DNA of 61,311 bases, the filler included, from Nemertoderma westbladi (lineage: Eukaryota; Animalia; Xenacoelomorpha), in assembly GCA_032718475.1 (NCBI GenBank). It is 3 parts of 3 records of this genome, joined end to end, with 100 filler letters (N's around TTAATTAATTAA, not from the genome) between each part and the next. Parts side by side here need not be neighbours in the genome. Positions count along the whole stretch, not along the records: positions 23,006 to 53,393 come from JAUCBJ010000737.1; 2 more parts are not named here. One strand, given 5' to 3'. A model generated the notes under the pieces. It was not told the origin of the DNA. It made no database searches and saw nothing but the letters and a program-made list of their open reading frames with translations. Both the position numbers and the translations under genes were made by a program. Below, one piece after another: positions 23,006-34,789 of this stretch (positions within the stretch are counted from its first letter, which is position 1; each line of letters begins with the position of its first letter).

Positions 23006-24146
23006 TTAACAGGATTAAACTAATATTACGATGGCCGGCCTTCATTAAACACAGGATTAAACTAATATTACGATGGCCTTCATTAAACACAGGATTAAAC
23101 TAATATTACGATGGCCTTCATTAACACAGGATTAAACTAATATTACGATGGCCTTCATTAAACACAGGATTAAACTAATATTACGATGGCCTTCATTAAA
23201 CACAGGATTAAACTAATATTACGATGGCCTTCATTAAACACAGGATTAAACTAATATTACGATGGCCTTCATTAACAGGATTAAACTAATATTACGATGG
23301 CCGGCCTTCATTAAACACAGGATTAAACTAATATTACGATGGCCTTCATTAAACACAGGATTAAACTAATATTACGATGGCCTTCATTAAACACAGGATT
23401 AAACTAATATTACGATGGCCTTGATTAAACACAGGATTAAACTAATATTACGATGGCCTTCATTAAACACAGGATTAAACTAATATTACGATGGCCTTCA
23501 TTAAACACAGGATTAAACTAATATTACGATGGCCTTCATTAAACACAGAATTAAACTAATATTACGATGGCCTTCATTAAACACAGGATTAAACTAATAT
23601 TACGATGGCCTTCATTAACAGGATTAAACTAATATTACGATGGCCGGCCTTCATTAAACACAGGATTAAACTAATATTACGATGGCCTTCATTAAACACA
23701 GGATTAAACTAATATTACGATGGCCTTCATTAACACAGGATTAAACTAATATTACGATGGCCTTCATTAACAGGATTAAACTAATATTACGATGGCCTTC
23801 ATTAAACACAGGATTAAACTAATATTACGATGGCCTTCATTAAACACAGGATTAAACTAATATTACGATGGCCTTCATTAACACAGGATTAAACTAATAT
23901 TACGATGGCCTTCATTAACAGGATTAAACTAATATTACGATGGCCTTCATTAACACAGGATTAAACTAATATTACGATGGCCTTCATTAACACAGGATTA
24001 AACTAATATTACGATGGCCTTCATTAAACACAGGATTAAACTAATATTACGATGGCCTTCATTAAACACAGGATTAAACTAATATTACGATGGCCTTCAT
24101 TAAACACAGGATTAAACTAATATTACGATGGCCTTCATTAAACACA
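23006..24146. repeat. 38-bp minisatellite (ACACAGGATTAAACTAATATTACGATGGCCTTCATTAA)n, about 30 units
   Basis: Directly visible, with small indel variants; runs into the gap. Confidence 0.97.
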
Positions 24147-24781
24147 CCGTCTTACAATCGAATTAGCTCGCAAAACTTAACGTACATATAATAATTATTT
24201 ATTACTTGGGAAAAAATTAGAACTGTTTTGTTTTTAGGACAACAGTGCCTGCCTGCACCTTGTCGTAAATATTCCAGAATATTAAATTATTTAACATTTA
24301 GTAAGGCCGCATCAGGATTTTGTTGAAGTGTACAATAATTAATTGGAACGCTGTATATTCTTTTGTAACACTATTTCGTTCTATCATTTATTGAAGAATT
24401 ATTCAGTGACAAAAAAGTACCAAAATAAAATTACGTACAGTATAATATAGCACGTAAGTAACACGTTTTTTTTTCAATATACCCTCGACCGTTTATTAAC
24501 CTCCCCGGCGCTCGGTTAATATACCGCGACAATAATGAAAAACGTTAGACTTTTTTCAATATTTTTCTCAATAATATTTAATATTCAGACTGTAATTGCT
24601 CTATTTCACTAAAAGTTGCAAAAAGTTCCTAAAAGAAAAATTCCTACAAGTATATATTGTAACCATAATCATACATAATACAATTGCTTGTTAATATAAT
24701 TGTATCAGCAGCTTTATCGCACAACTGGAGGATTTTTAGTTGCGTTATTGCCTATTGCATTATCATTTGTTTTAATTTTAG

Positions 24782-25217
24782 GAGAACCTAGAGAAAGTGC
24801 AACTTCTACACCAACTAGCAGACAGTTTGGTCTGCAAGGGCCACAGTCACGCCGCCTCTATACAGCAATGGGTGACAGCGGTAGACACCAAATACAGAGA
24901 ATTCTCATCCCGCCTCGACGAACAGAGAACCGAACTAGAGACCGCCTTGGGTATTACTAAAGAAACCAGCGGCACAGAGAGTGACGTCATCGGGTTGGAT
25001 AGCAACCAGGATACACCGATAGAAGATGGAACGGCCGTGTTGCTGAGAGTTGCGCCATCAAGAGGGGACGAAGAGAAACGAAGATCTGCTGCCAGGCAAC
25101 GTGGTTACATAATGACTGAGTTGCTGGATACAGAGAAGATTTATGTCCGAGACCTGAAGAGTTGTCTCGTTAATTACAGAGGTACAATGACGTCACGAGG
25201 GAGAAAGGTACCCCCAG
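24782..25217 (+). CDS. TRIO: Trio/Kalirin exon: last spectrin repeat and start of DH1
   Basis: TAG|ENLEKVQLLHQLADSLVCKGHSHAASIQQWVTAVD..EEKRRSAARQRGYIMTELLDTEKIYVRDL; donor G|GTAAGT. Confidence 0.9.
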
Positions 25218-25314
25218 GTAAGTAAAAGTATAGCCAACACGTCTGGGAACATTATTTATTAATCTTCCAATCAGTAATCGACATTATAATTATTATTCTA
25301 ATTCCTCCAATCAG

Positions 25315-25541
25315 GAATCTACAACATGGAACACGTAATCTTCGGCAACCTCTCCGATATCCAATACTTCCATGAGGCCACCTTGCTGCCCGTTCTAGAA
25401 CGGTACGCCACCTACCCAGAGGATGTCGGCCATTGTTTCGTTACCTGGGCCGATTCCTTTCAACCCCTCTACGTGGCGTACTGCAAGAATAAACCCGACT
25501 CGGAGCAATTGATACTCAACCATGCTGGTTCATTCTTCCAG
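25315..25541 (+). CDS. TRIO: Trio/Kalirin exon: DH1
   Basis: [35 protein letters not shown]; CAG acceptor, GTTAGT donor, phases consistent. Confidence 0.92.
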
Positions 25542-26391
25542 GTTAGTTGGATGCCCCCCCCCCCCCCCCCCCCCCCCTCCCTATACCATAATCTCTCACA
25601 ACATCTGGTACTCCAACCCTTTCTGTCACATTAACTGTTACATTAACTCTCATCTGACTGACTATCTAAAATCATGATTATAGTACAATTACGTTGAGTT
25701 TCCCAAAAAAAATTTTTAATTATATATCAGTCTACTTCTACGAAAAAGTATAGCAATTATTTAGCACAAAGAAAATAAAATAATTCCAGAAAATTAATTC
25801 GATAGTAAATTTGTAAGGTAAATAAGCCTACAACAATAATATGCAATATTCATACATTGATACGCAATGCAATAGCGATGTAAAACTATTCAAGATTGTA
25901 GAAGTCAATATGAAAAATTTATAAATACCGGCATTTGAATCAATGAACATAACGAGATTTTATTTGGTTAGTATACTAATAATCACCCTTGTGGCTACAC
26001 TGTCCAGGGGCTTGGTCTAGGGAGCTACTCCAATGGTGTATGTAATGCTAATTATTATACTTGCACAGGGAGGGCCGTATGTAACTATGTAGACCTTTTA
26101 TAGCACCAAAAAAAGGTCTGTAGTCAAACAATGAAAACCAATATGTCAAAAAATACTGAACACCCGTCCCCCTCCTCTGATACAAAATAAATGCCCCCCC
26201 CCCCCCCATCCCAAGCGCCTACATTATTTACCACCATAATAAAGTAACTAATATTAACCCATTGTAAAGTCCCACTTTATTCATATGTCTTATTCACTGA
26301 CGCTAAATGTGGTGAATTTCATGAAGATTTAAATTTTGACAGATTCTATTTACATATTTAATGAATATTACGAATGTTATTGTTACTGCAG

Positions 26392-26604
26392 GATATTAAA
26401 CACAACCTGAAACTGGAATTGGATTTGGCTTCGTATTTAATCAAACCGGTTCAACGCATAACCAAATACACCCTACTGCTGACGAAACTGATAGAAAATA
26501 GCGACACAGATAAGGGAGAACTTACCGAGGCGTTGGAAGTGATGCAGACGGTACCGAAGAAAGCGAACGACGCTATGAACCTAAGTCTACTGGATGGGTA
26601 CCCG
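26392..26604 (+). CDS. TRIO: Trio/Kalirin exon: end of DH1 (shortest form, first donor)
   Basis: ASYLIKPVQRITKY..ALEVMQTVPKKANDAMNLSLLDGYP|GTAAGT; the exon end is ambiguous because of the donor array. Confidence 0.9.
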
Positions 26605-27756
26605 GTAAGTCTACTGGATGGGTACCCGGTAAGTCTACTGGATGGGTACCCGGTAAGTCTACTGGATGGGTACCCGGTACGTCTACTGGATGGGTACCCG
26701 GTAAGTCTACTGGATGGGCACCCGGTAAGTCTATTGGATGGGTACCCGGTAAGTCTACTGGATGGGTACCCGGTAAGTCTACTGGATGGGTACCCGGTAA
26801 GTCTACTGGATGGGTACCCGGTAAGTCTACTGGATGGGTACCCGGTAAGTCTACTGGATGGGTACCCGGTAAGTCTACTGGATGGGTACCCGGCAAGTCT
26901 ACTGGATGGGTACCCGGTATGTCTACTGGATGGGTACCCGGTAAGTCTACTGGATGGGTACCCGGTAAGTCTACTGGATGGGTACCCGGTAAGTCTACTG
27001 GAAGGGTACCCGGTAAGTCTACTGGATGGGTACCCGGTATGTCTACTGGATGGGTACCCGGTAAGTCTACTGGAAGGGTACCCGGTAAGTCTACTGGATG
27101 GGTACCCGGTAAGTCTACTGGATGGGTACCCGGTAAGTCTACTGGATGGGTACCCGGTAAGTCTACTGGAAGGGTACCCGGTAAGTCTACTGGATGGGTA
27201 CCCGGTAAGTCTACTGGATGGGTACCCGGTAAGTCTATTGGATGGGTACCTGGTAAGTCTATTGGATGGGTACCCGGTAAGTCTACTGGATGGGTACCCG
27301 GTAAGTCTACTGGATGGGCACCCGGTAAGTCTATTGGATGGGTACCCGGTAAGTCTACTGGATGGGTACCCGGTAAGTCTACTGGATGGGTACCCGGTAA
27401 GTCTACTGGATGGGTACCCGGTAAGTCTACTGGATGGGTACCCGATAAGTCTACTGGATGGGTACCCGGTAAGTCTACTGGATGGGTACCCGATTAGTCT
27501 ACTGGATGGGTACCCGGTATGTCTACTGGATGGGTACCCGGTATGTCTACTGGATGGGTACCCGGTAAGTCTACTGGATGGGTACCCGGTAAGTCTACTG
27601 GATGGGTACCCGATTAGTCTACTGGATGGGTACCCGGTATGTCTACTGGATGGGTACCCGGTAAGTCTACTGGATGGGTACCCGGTAAGTCTACTGGATG
27701 GGTACCCGGTATGTCTACTGGATGGGTGCCCGGTAAGTCTACTGGATGGGTACCCG
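26581..27756 (+). repeat. 24-bp array (GTAAGTCTACTGGATGGGTACCCG) x49 spanning the exon-intron boundary
   Basis: 1176 bp = 49 x 24 with no indels; the first unit is the exon's last 8 codons. Confidence 0.97.
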
Positions 27757-27875
27757 GTTAGTACGGTACGGTTTTATACAAATATACTAAAGTTAAAAAT
27801 ATAAAAATCCTAATAGTGATTGTAAAATTAGTAAGCAGAGATCGTTGATTTTGAATTCTTTTTTTTATCTTTTAG

Positions 27876-28220
27876 AGCGATTTAGAGAAACTAGGTGAAA
27901 TTATTCTGCAAGACGGTTTCCAGCTGTACGATACCCGACAACTTATAAAGAAAGGGCGAGACAGACATGTGTTTCTATTCGATTCGGTAATACTGATCGC
28001 GAAGCGAGATTCAACCGGAAATAACCGGTTCCAGTACAAAGCGAAGCTAATCGTATCCGATATCAACATAACCGAACATCTGGAAGGTGACGAAACCAAG
28101 TTCGCGTTGTGGTCGGGTATGACACCGACTTCGGACTCTCGGATAGTGCTGAAAGCTTCGTCGTTGGATAGTAAACAGGAGTGGGTGCGGAACATACGGG
28201 AACTAATACAGCAGTATAAG
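27876..28220 (+). CDS. TRIO: Trio/Kalirin exon: PH1
   Basis: SDLEKLGEIILQDGF..IKKGRDRHVFLFD..ITEHLEGDETKFALWSG..IVLKASSLDSKQEWVRNIRELI; 345 nt, phase 0-0. Confidence 0.93.
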
Positions 28221-28285
28221 GTAATGTTAATGGGAACATACCGGAACTATTATAGTGCCGCTAATATAGCTTACTTAAACTAACA

Positions 28286-28520
28286 TAGTGTAATGTATTT
28301 TTACTATTTTTGTATATTTAGTGTTATTAGTGTAGAGTTTTAAAACAAAACGTTAGTGGAAACGGATAATGATAGTTATAGTTCTTAAACTACTAGTATA
28401 ATTATTATACTAGTAGTTTAAGAACTATAACTATCATTATCCGTTTCCACTAACGTTTTGTTTTAAAACTCTACACTAATAACACTAAATATACAAAAAT
28501 AGTAAAAATACATTACACTA
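28286..28520. repeat. 235-bp inverted repeat (117-bp arms, 1-nt spacer) in a Trio intron
   Basis: Arms mirror about position 28403 (CTAGTATAAT-T-ATTATACTAG). Confidence 0.93.
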
Positions 28521-28592
28521 AATATCTCTACTCTAAAATTCTACACTATTAATGTATTTAAATATTGTATCTCAACTGATTTGTATTTCTAG

Positions 28593-28672
28593 GTTCTTCT
28601 GAGGCCGTCACTAAAGGAACCAGTTCGCCCACCCACAAGTCCCGAGATAACAGGCTTTGTTCGAGATAGTCG
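28593..28672 (+). CDS. TRIO: Trio/Kalirin exon after PH1
   Basis: TAG|VLLRPSLKEPVRPP..DSR|GTAAGT; LKEP recalls Trio ALKEPI. Confidence 0.8.
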
Positions 28673-28805
28673 GTAAGTTCCTCTTTCAATATCAATAATT
28701 CGTTATAATCTGATATCGCATCACCTGGAATATCTGTTCTGAATTAAGTGTTAATAAAAATAAAGACAAGATTCTAAGAATGATAATTATTTAACCTTGG
28801 CGCAG

Positions 28806-28968
28806 GGATTCCGACGACATAGACCTTCTGTGCCGTGCCACTGCCGAGACTATGGCCCTGTCGGACAGTCTGGCCGAACTCCGTCGGCGTTCGGTTAGCG
28901 CATCCGACACTCTCAGTATCATATCCACCTCAACACAAGCTACTTCCACAAGTAACCATAGCGACAGG
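28806..28968 (+). CDS. TRIO: Trio/Kalirin exon, linker before SH3
   Basis: Phase-2 CAG acceptor matches the previous donor; DTLSIISTSTQAT recalls Trio DTISIASRTSQNT; donor AGG|GTAAGT. Confidence 0.78.
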
Positions 28969-29310
28969 GTAAGTGGATACCACTATTATATTGCTCTCAT
29001 CTTATCTCTAATACTCTACTTGCATAGTGTAACTTTATTGCACTGAGAGTTCCGGATGCAGACTGGCAAAGACACATGACTTCTAAGATATGATAAAGGT
29101 TCGCCCACTTCGTTGGGTACCCCCCCCCCCCCCCCCCCCTCCCCCACACTACATATTAAATTAGAGTAAAATATACACCGACAGTTAGCACAATTAGACA
29201 ATGGAAACAATAGTGCTCCTACTTACACTTACATCGAATTTATTAATTACAGTATGAAAGTTGATAATGTATTTACCCCGCGACGGGTAATATTATTTAA
29301 CTTAATTTAA

Positions 29311-30730
29311 TTATTTAACCAGGGAGGCTACTAACTGGTATTATTTAACCAGGGAGGCTACTAACTGGTATTATTTAACCAGGGAGGCTACTAACTGGTA
29401 TTATTTAACCAGGGAGGCTACTAACTGGTATTATTTAACCAGGGAGGCTACTAACTGGTATTATTTAACCAGGGAGGCTACTAACTGGTATTATTTAACC
29501 AGGGAGGCTACTAACTGGTATTATTTAACCAGGGAGGCTACTAACTGGTATTATTTAACCGGGGAGGCTACTAACTGGTATTATTTAACCAGGGAGGCTA
29601 CTAACTGGTATTATTTAACCAGGGAGGCTACTAACTGGTATTATTTAACCGGGGAGGCTACTAACTGGTATTATTTAACCTGGGAGGCTACTAACTGGTA
29701 TTATTTAACCAGGGAGGCTACTAACTGGTATTATTTTACCAGGGCGGCTACTAACTGGTATTATTTAACCAGGGAGGCTACTAACTGGTATTATTTAACC
29801 AGGGAGGCTACTAACTGGTATTATTTAGCCAGGGAGGCTACTAACTGGTATTATTTAACCAGGGAGGCTACTAACTGGTATTATTTAACCAGGGAGGCTA
29901 CTAACTGGTATTATTTAACCAGGGAGGCTACTAACTGGTATTATTTAACCAGGGAGGCTACTAACTGGTATTATTTAACCAGGGAGGCTACTAACTGGTA
30001 TGATTTAACCAGGGAGGCTACTAACTGGTATGATTTAACCAGGGAGGCTACTAACTGGTATTATTTAACCAGGGAGGCTACTAACTGGTATTATTTAACC
30101 AGGGAGGCTACTAACTGGTATTATTTAACCAGGGAGGCTACTAACTGGTATTATTTAACCAGGGAGGCTACTAACTGGTATTATTTAACCAGGGAGGCTA
30201 CTAGCTGGTATTATTTAACCAGGGAGGCTACTAACTGGTATTATTTAACCAGGGAGGCTACTATCTGGTATTATTTAACCAGGGAGGCTACTAACTGGTA
30301 TTATTTAACCAGGGAGGCTACTAACTGGTATTATTTAACCAGGGAGGCTACTAACTGGTATTATTTAACCAGGGAGGCTACTAACTGGTATTATTTAACC
30401 AGGGAGGCTACTAGCTGGTATTATTTAACCAGGGAGGCTACTAACTGGTATTATTTAACCAGGGAGGCTACTAACTGGTATTATTTAACCAGGGAGGCTA
30501 CTAACTGGTATTATTTAACCAGGGAGGCTACTAACTGGTATTATTTAACCAGGGAGGCTACTAACTGGTTTTATTTAACCAGGGAGGCTACTAACTGGTA
30601 TTATTTAACCAGGTAGGCTACTAACTGGTATTATTTAACCAGGGAGGCTACTAACTGGTATTATTTAACCAGGGAGGCTACTAGCTGGTATTATTTAACC
30701 AGGGAGGCTACTAACTGGTATTATTTAACG
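29311..30730. repeat. 30-bp minisatellite (TTATTTAACCAGGGAGGCTACTAACTGGTA) x47
   Basis: Directly visible, no indels. Confidence 0.97.
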
Positions 30731-31198
30731 AGGGGGGATCCTGACTATAGTAATGATTGGGATTATTTAACACCGATTTCCCGGAATGGAATTAACGGCT
30801 ATCTTTCATGTTGTTGCACACAACTGTAATGGGTTAGATTCCTTTGTCTATATTTATGATTATGTTGGCATGTTACTGTAGTAGTAGCTGCAGCTTTATA
30901 ATCCCGATTTAATGGAGGTTGTCTCCACCCGTACCCGTACCGTTAACGTTAGTTAATGCCTCGAGACACCCAGTTCTTGTAGAATATTTCATGCACATCC
31001 CTGTTGACTCGCCCTATTGGATAACGATTTTCTAGCTTACTTTCCACATTAATGATAATTCATAAGCGGTGGATTTTAATTAAATTCGTATTTATTTTAT
31101 TTTTTAGTTGGATTTTAATTTTTTCTCTTAAAAAACAATTTGTAATATTTTTGGCCTAAGGCTCAATGCAAAATTTATAATAATTTTTACTAGTAAAT

Positions 31199-33737
31199 GG
31201 CACGTAACACTTTATGGAATTAAATGTCCAAGATTTTGGTCATAGTTGTAAAATTTGAACCGCTAAACGGATTTCTGTCATTCAAGTATCGTACGAAAAG
31301 CTAATTTTTTGCTCTTAAACATATATAAATTGTAAAATTGTAGCACATATTTAATTATACACAACATGAGAAAGTAAATCCAAAAATACATAAAAACGTA
31401 GACTTGTCATTAAAATTTGTGTTGTTTTGGAAGACGTCATAATCGATCGAAAATGAAGAATTCAAAGCGAGTTTATGCAAATATATTACATACCTATTGA
31501 ATGGGAGAATCTTTTAGGCTCGTTAAGCCAAGGAATGCCTGTTCACCACCATGGGTGATCTTCCACAGTAAACCCTTCCAATCCTTTACGAGGATTACAT
31601 ACCTATGTGATCCTCATAATTTGCAGAGACTATCCTTAAAAATCCAATGTTATGCTTCCAAGACTATACCTATAGTGTTAAGCTTAATATGTACTAAGTG
31701 TCATATTTTTAATGAACTGTGGTTTGTCTACAGGAGCTAGAATTTCCAAGACTATTATAAAAACAGTAGTCTTGTCAACGTAGACTTGTCAAATATTGAG
31801 TGGTTTGTCCATAAATATAGTTAGTCTTGTAACAATGACTACGTGAATACTGTATATAAATTATTGGACAAGTTTACATATTTTTCTTGACAAGTTACAT
31901 ATAATTTTACGGTGATTTTAATGGTAAAATCTGCATCGATATACGACTTTTAGTATTTGAGATACAGCTATTTAAATATTCCACTAGTTTAATAAAATTA
32001 TTAATTATTATTAAATTCAAATTATTTTTCTCAAATGGGCTTATTTTTTACTAAAAATCTATCTCCTCTGCCATTTCTTAACGGATTTCGATTCTGTTTG
32101 TTTGACATTGTAGGTAAAGATTGTGTCTACAGAATAATTAGGCAGATTTTCAAAATTTTGCTGCAATCAAAAGTTCCCATTATTCTGTATGCACAATCCT
32201 CATCAGCAGTTACTCGCACAGTTTCGAAACTTCGCATAGTTATAACTGTATAAAGATCGTCAGTCTTGGTTTAGGAAAAATAAGGGCAAAACAGGACGAG
32301 CGACGAGCGCAACGAGGCATATACTGAAGACGAGTACTGTGTATAGACTATATTCCTATTAACCATACCTGGCTTTGCCTATTGAAGGCATTAGTTATAA
32401 AGATCGTCCGTCAGTCTGCGTTTAGGAAATATGTTTAAATACAAAACAGGACGAGCACAACGACGTTTATAATAATGAAGACGAGTACTGCCTACTGTGT
32501 TGATTATATTCCAATAAACCATACCTGGCTTCGCCTATTGAAGGCATCGGTAGTTATAAAGTACTGGTGGGTGGGAAGGGTGGGGGGGGGGGGGGGGTGC
32601 AGATTAAAAGGGGTGAACACGTACTGTACCCCTTTCTTTGATTGATTGGTGGTGTGGGTAAATTTCTCAAAACCTGATTTTGTGATACAGTCGCTCAATT
32701 TTAATCTGTATCTGATAACTGAGCCTCGTCCTGCGCGATGGCCCCACGAACGTGTCTGTTGTTGCGAACTGGTCATGACATATCTTATATCTTCTTATAG
32801 CCAGCAAGGGATAATTATTGGAGATTATTCGGCATTATTGGAGATAACAACAGTCAATCAGATTTCTACGTTTTCTGAACTTTGCGGAAATGAAACTTTT
32901 TTTGACCAGATTACTCCCAGGATTGATTACGCAATACTCAAATGCAGTTACAGATTATTATTAACTTTTCCCGCTTGAAATCCTTTAGGTGACAAACAAA
33001 CAAACGTTCATAATTTTATAGAGATTACATGGTTGTTAGGGATATAAGCATGATTTACATACGACCGTGGAGTACGGATATCACAGTGCATTCTCGTTCT
33101 AGAGGTTAGCTAGGGGGGTTAATTGTCCTGCGGTTGACGGCCTAATATCGAAATTATGAAATTTAGTTTGATTGTTAATCAATTTTATATAAGTGTAAAC
33201 GCAATTCTGTAATGTGTATATGTATATTTATAAATATGTATATTTATAAATATGTATATTTATAAATATGTATATTTAGAATGTTTGGATATTGAAAGAT
33301 CTAGTACTGAAAGCAAATTTCATTATGTCGTATAATTTATGTTGAGCTCTGTAGAGTTCCGTTAGTGGTAATTGTTTGATTTAGGCTAATCAATTATAGT
33401 GTGTAATGAATGAACAGTTAGGTGCGTAACGTAGGGCCCAAAGATGAAATACTCTGTAATAAGCAAGTTACCAAGGTTACAATGTAGTCTTTGAAGTTGT
33501 ACAAGACTATAAAATGTAGTCTTGTCAAGCTAGGCTTGTCTGCGATTTGTAGTCTGGGAGACGGATTTGTAAAATTTTACCACATTTTATTTTTCAATTT
33601 GTCCTGTCTTAATTATCTTTATCTCTGATTAGCACTAAAAAAAGAGAAAATTCTGAGCTTTCGAAATTTGTATAATATGTCATGCTTTTGAAAAATTATG
33701 TTTTGACCACTTTTTTCGGCTTAAAGTGTAACGTGCC
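31199..33737. mobile_element. Non-autonomous TIR DNA transposon, about 2.5 kb
   Basis: Termini GGCACGTAACACTTTA and TAAAGTGTAACGTGCC, each flanked by AT; no transposase recognised; superfamily uncertain. Confidence 0.6.
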
Positions 33738-34789
33738 ATATTACGTGCAAAATATTATTTGTATCTTGGGACATTTTGTCTCAAATCCATAATTGGAAAT
33801 ATCTGAAAACACACCTTCTCTGGGCGAAGCGGAACCTTATCGCCCCTGGAACCTTATCGCCCCTATAAATTGCATTTTTGTTGGGAACTTATCGCCTCCC
33901 TATTTTGAGTTTTTAGGAACTTATCGCCCCTCAGTCTTAATCGTCCCCGAGTCTTTCGCCCATGTGAAGAATGCCAGGATTTCACTTTTCGAACGACTTT
34001 TTATTGGAATTTTATATATGAAGATTTTTTATTTTTTTTAAATTTATCTTTATTAAGTGTATTATAGCGCTTATTTCTGTCTTATAACCTGTGCATATAC
34101 TAATTCGTTTATTGTTTTGATTAGATTCAGCCCTTCTGTAACCTGTGTTTTTGGTGAAATCCTGGTGTCCTTCACATGGGGGTAACTGCAAAGTGAAATA
34201 TAACGGCAGAAAGTCTGGTATACTTCACATGGGCCGAGTCTTTATCGCCTCTGGTCCTTTATCTCCCCTGCCATTACACAAAGGCTACATTCTCCCAAAT
34301 TTCCTATATTATATTTCCTCTACGTCACATATTTTAGTTATAGTTTACATTTATATTTATACTCAAATAGTTTCAGTTATGGGAGGCTTACCTGTCTTTT
34401 GATTGGGTAGTTTTTGTCTAAAGCTGAGGCCGGTAAAAACACGCTGAATATTTGTGTGTGAGGGTTTATTTATGTCTTTACATATAGGGAACTATGTCAA
34501 TAAATATACCATATCCTTGTTATTTCAAACGAACAGCTTCTCAACCATGGTATTCTTGTGAAGTCTGCAGTTGATAGAACGTGTTAAGATTTGTCCAAAT
34601 CAACTAATTAAGAGATTTGTTTGTTTCTTTGTCTCCAATAATATGAACACTAAATACACTGGTTTAAATAGCACATAACCGTACAGCTAAAAAGAGATTT
34701 AACCTACCAGAACCCTCATCCTTCATTGATTGCAATTATGACCCTGCCAATATAAGAGAACTATATGATGTTAGACAACCACGACTTTA

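Noticed and set aside
21445-28968. Hippo-Trio fusion or functional cluster
   Set aside because: They are separated by a synthetic spacer, and Trio's N-terminal exons are missing.
30731-30810. Possible Trio SH3 exon (LTIVMI..MELTAI)
   Set aside because: In-frame stop, no convincing acceptor and similarity too weak.
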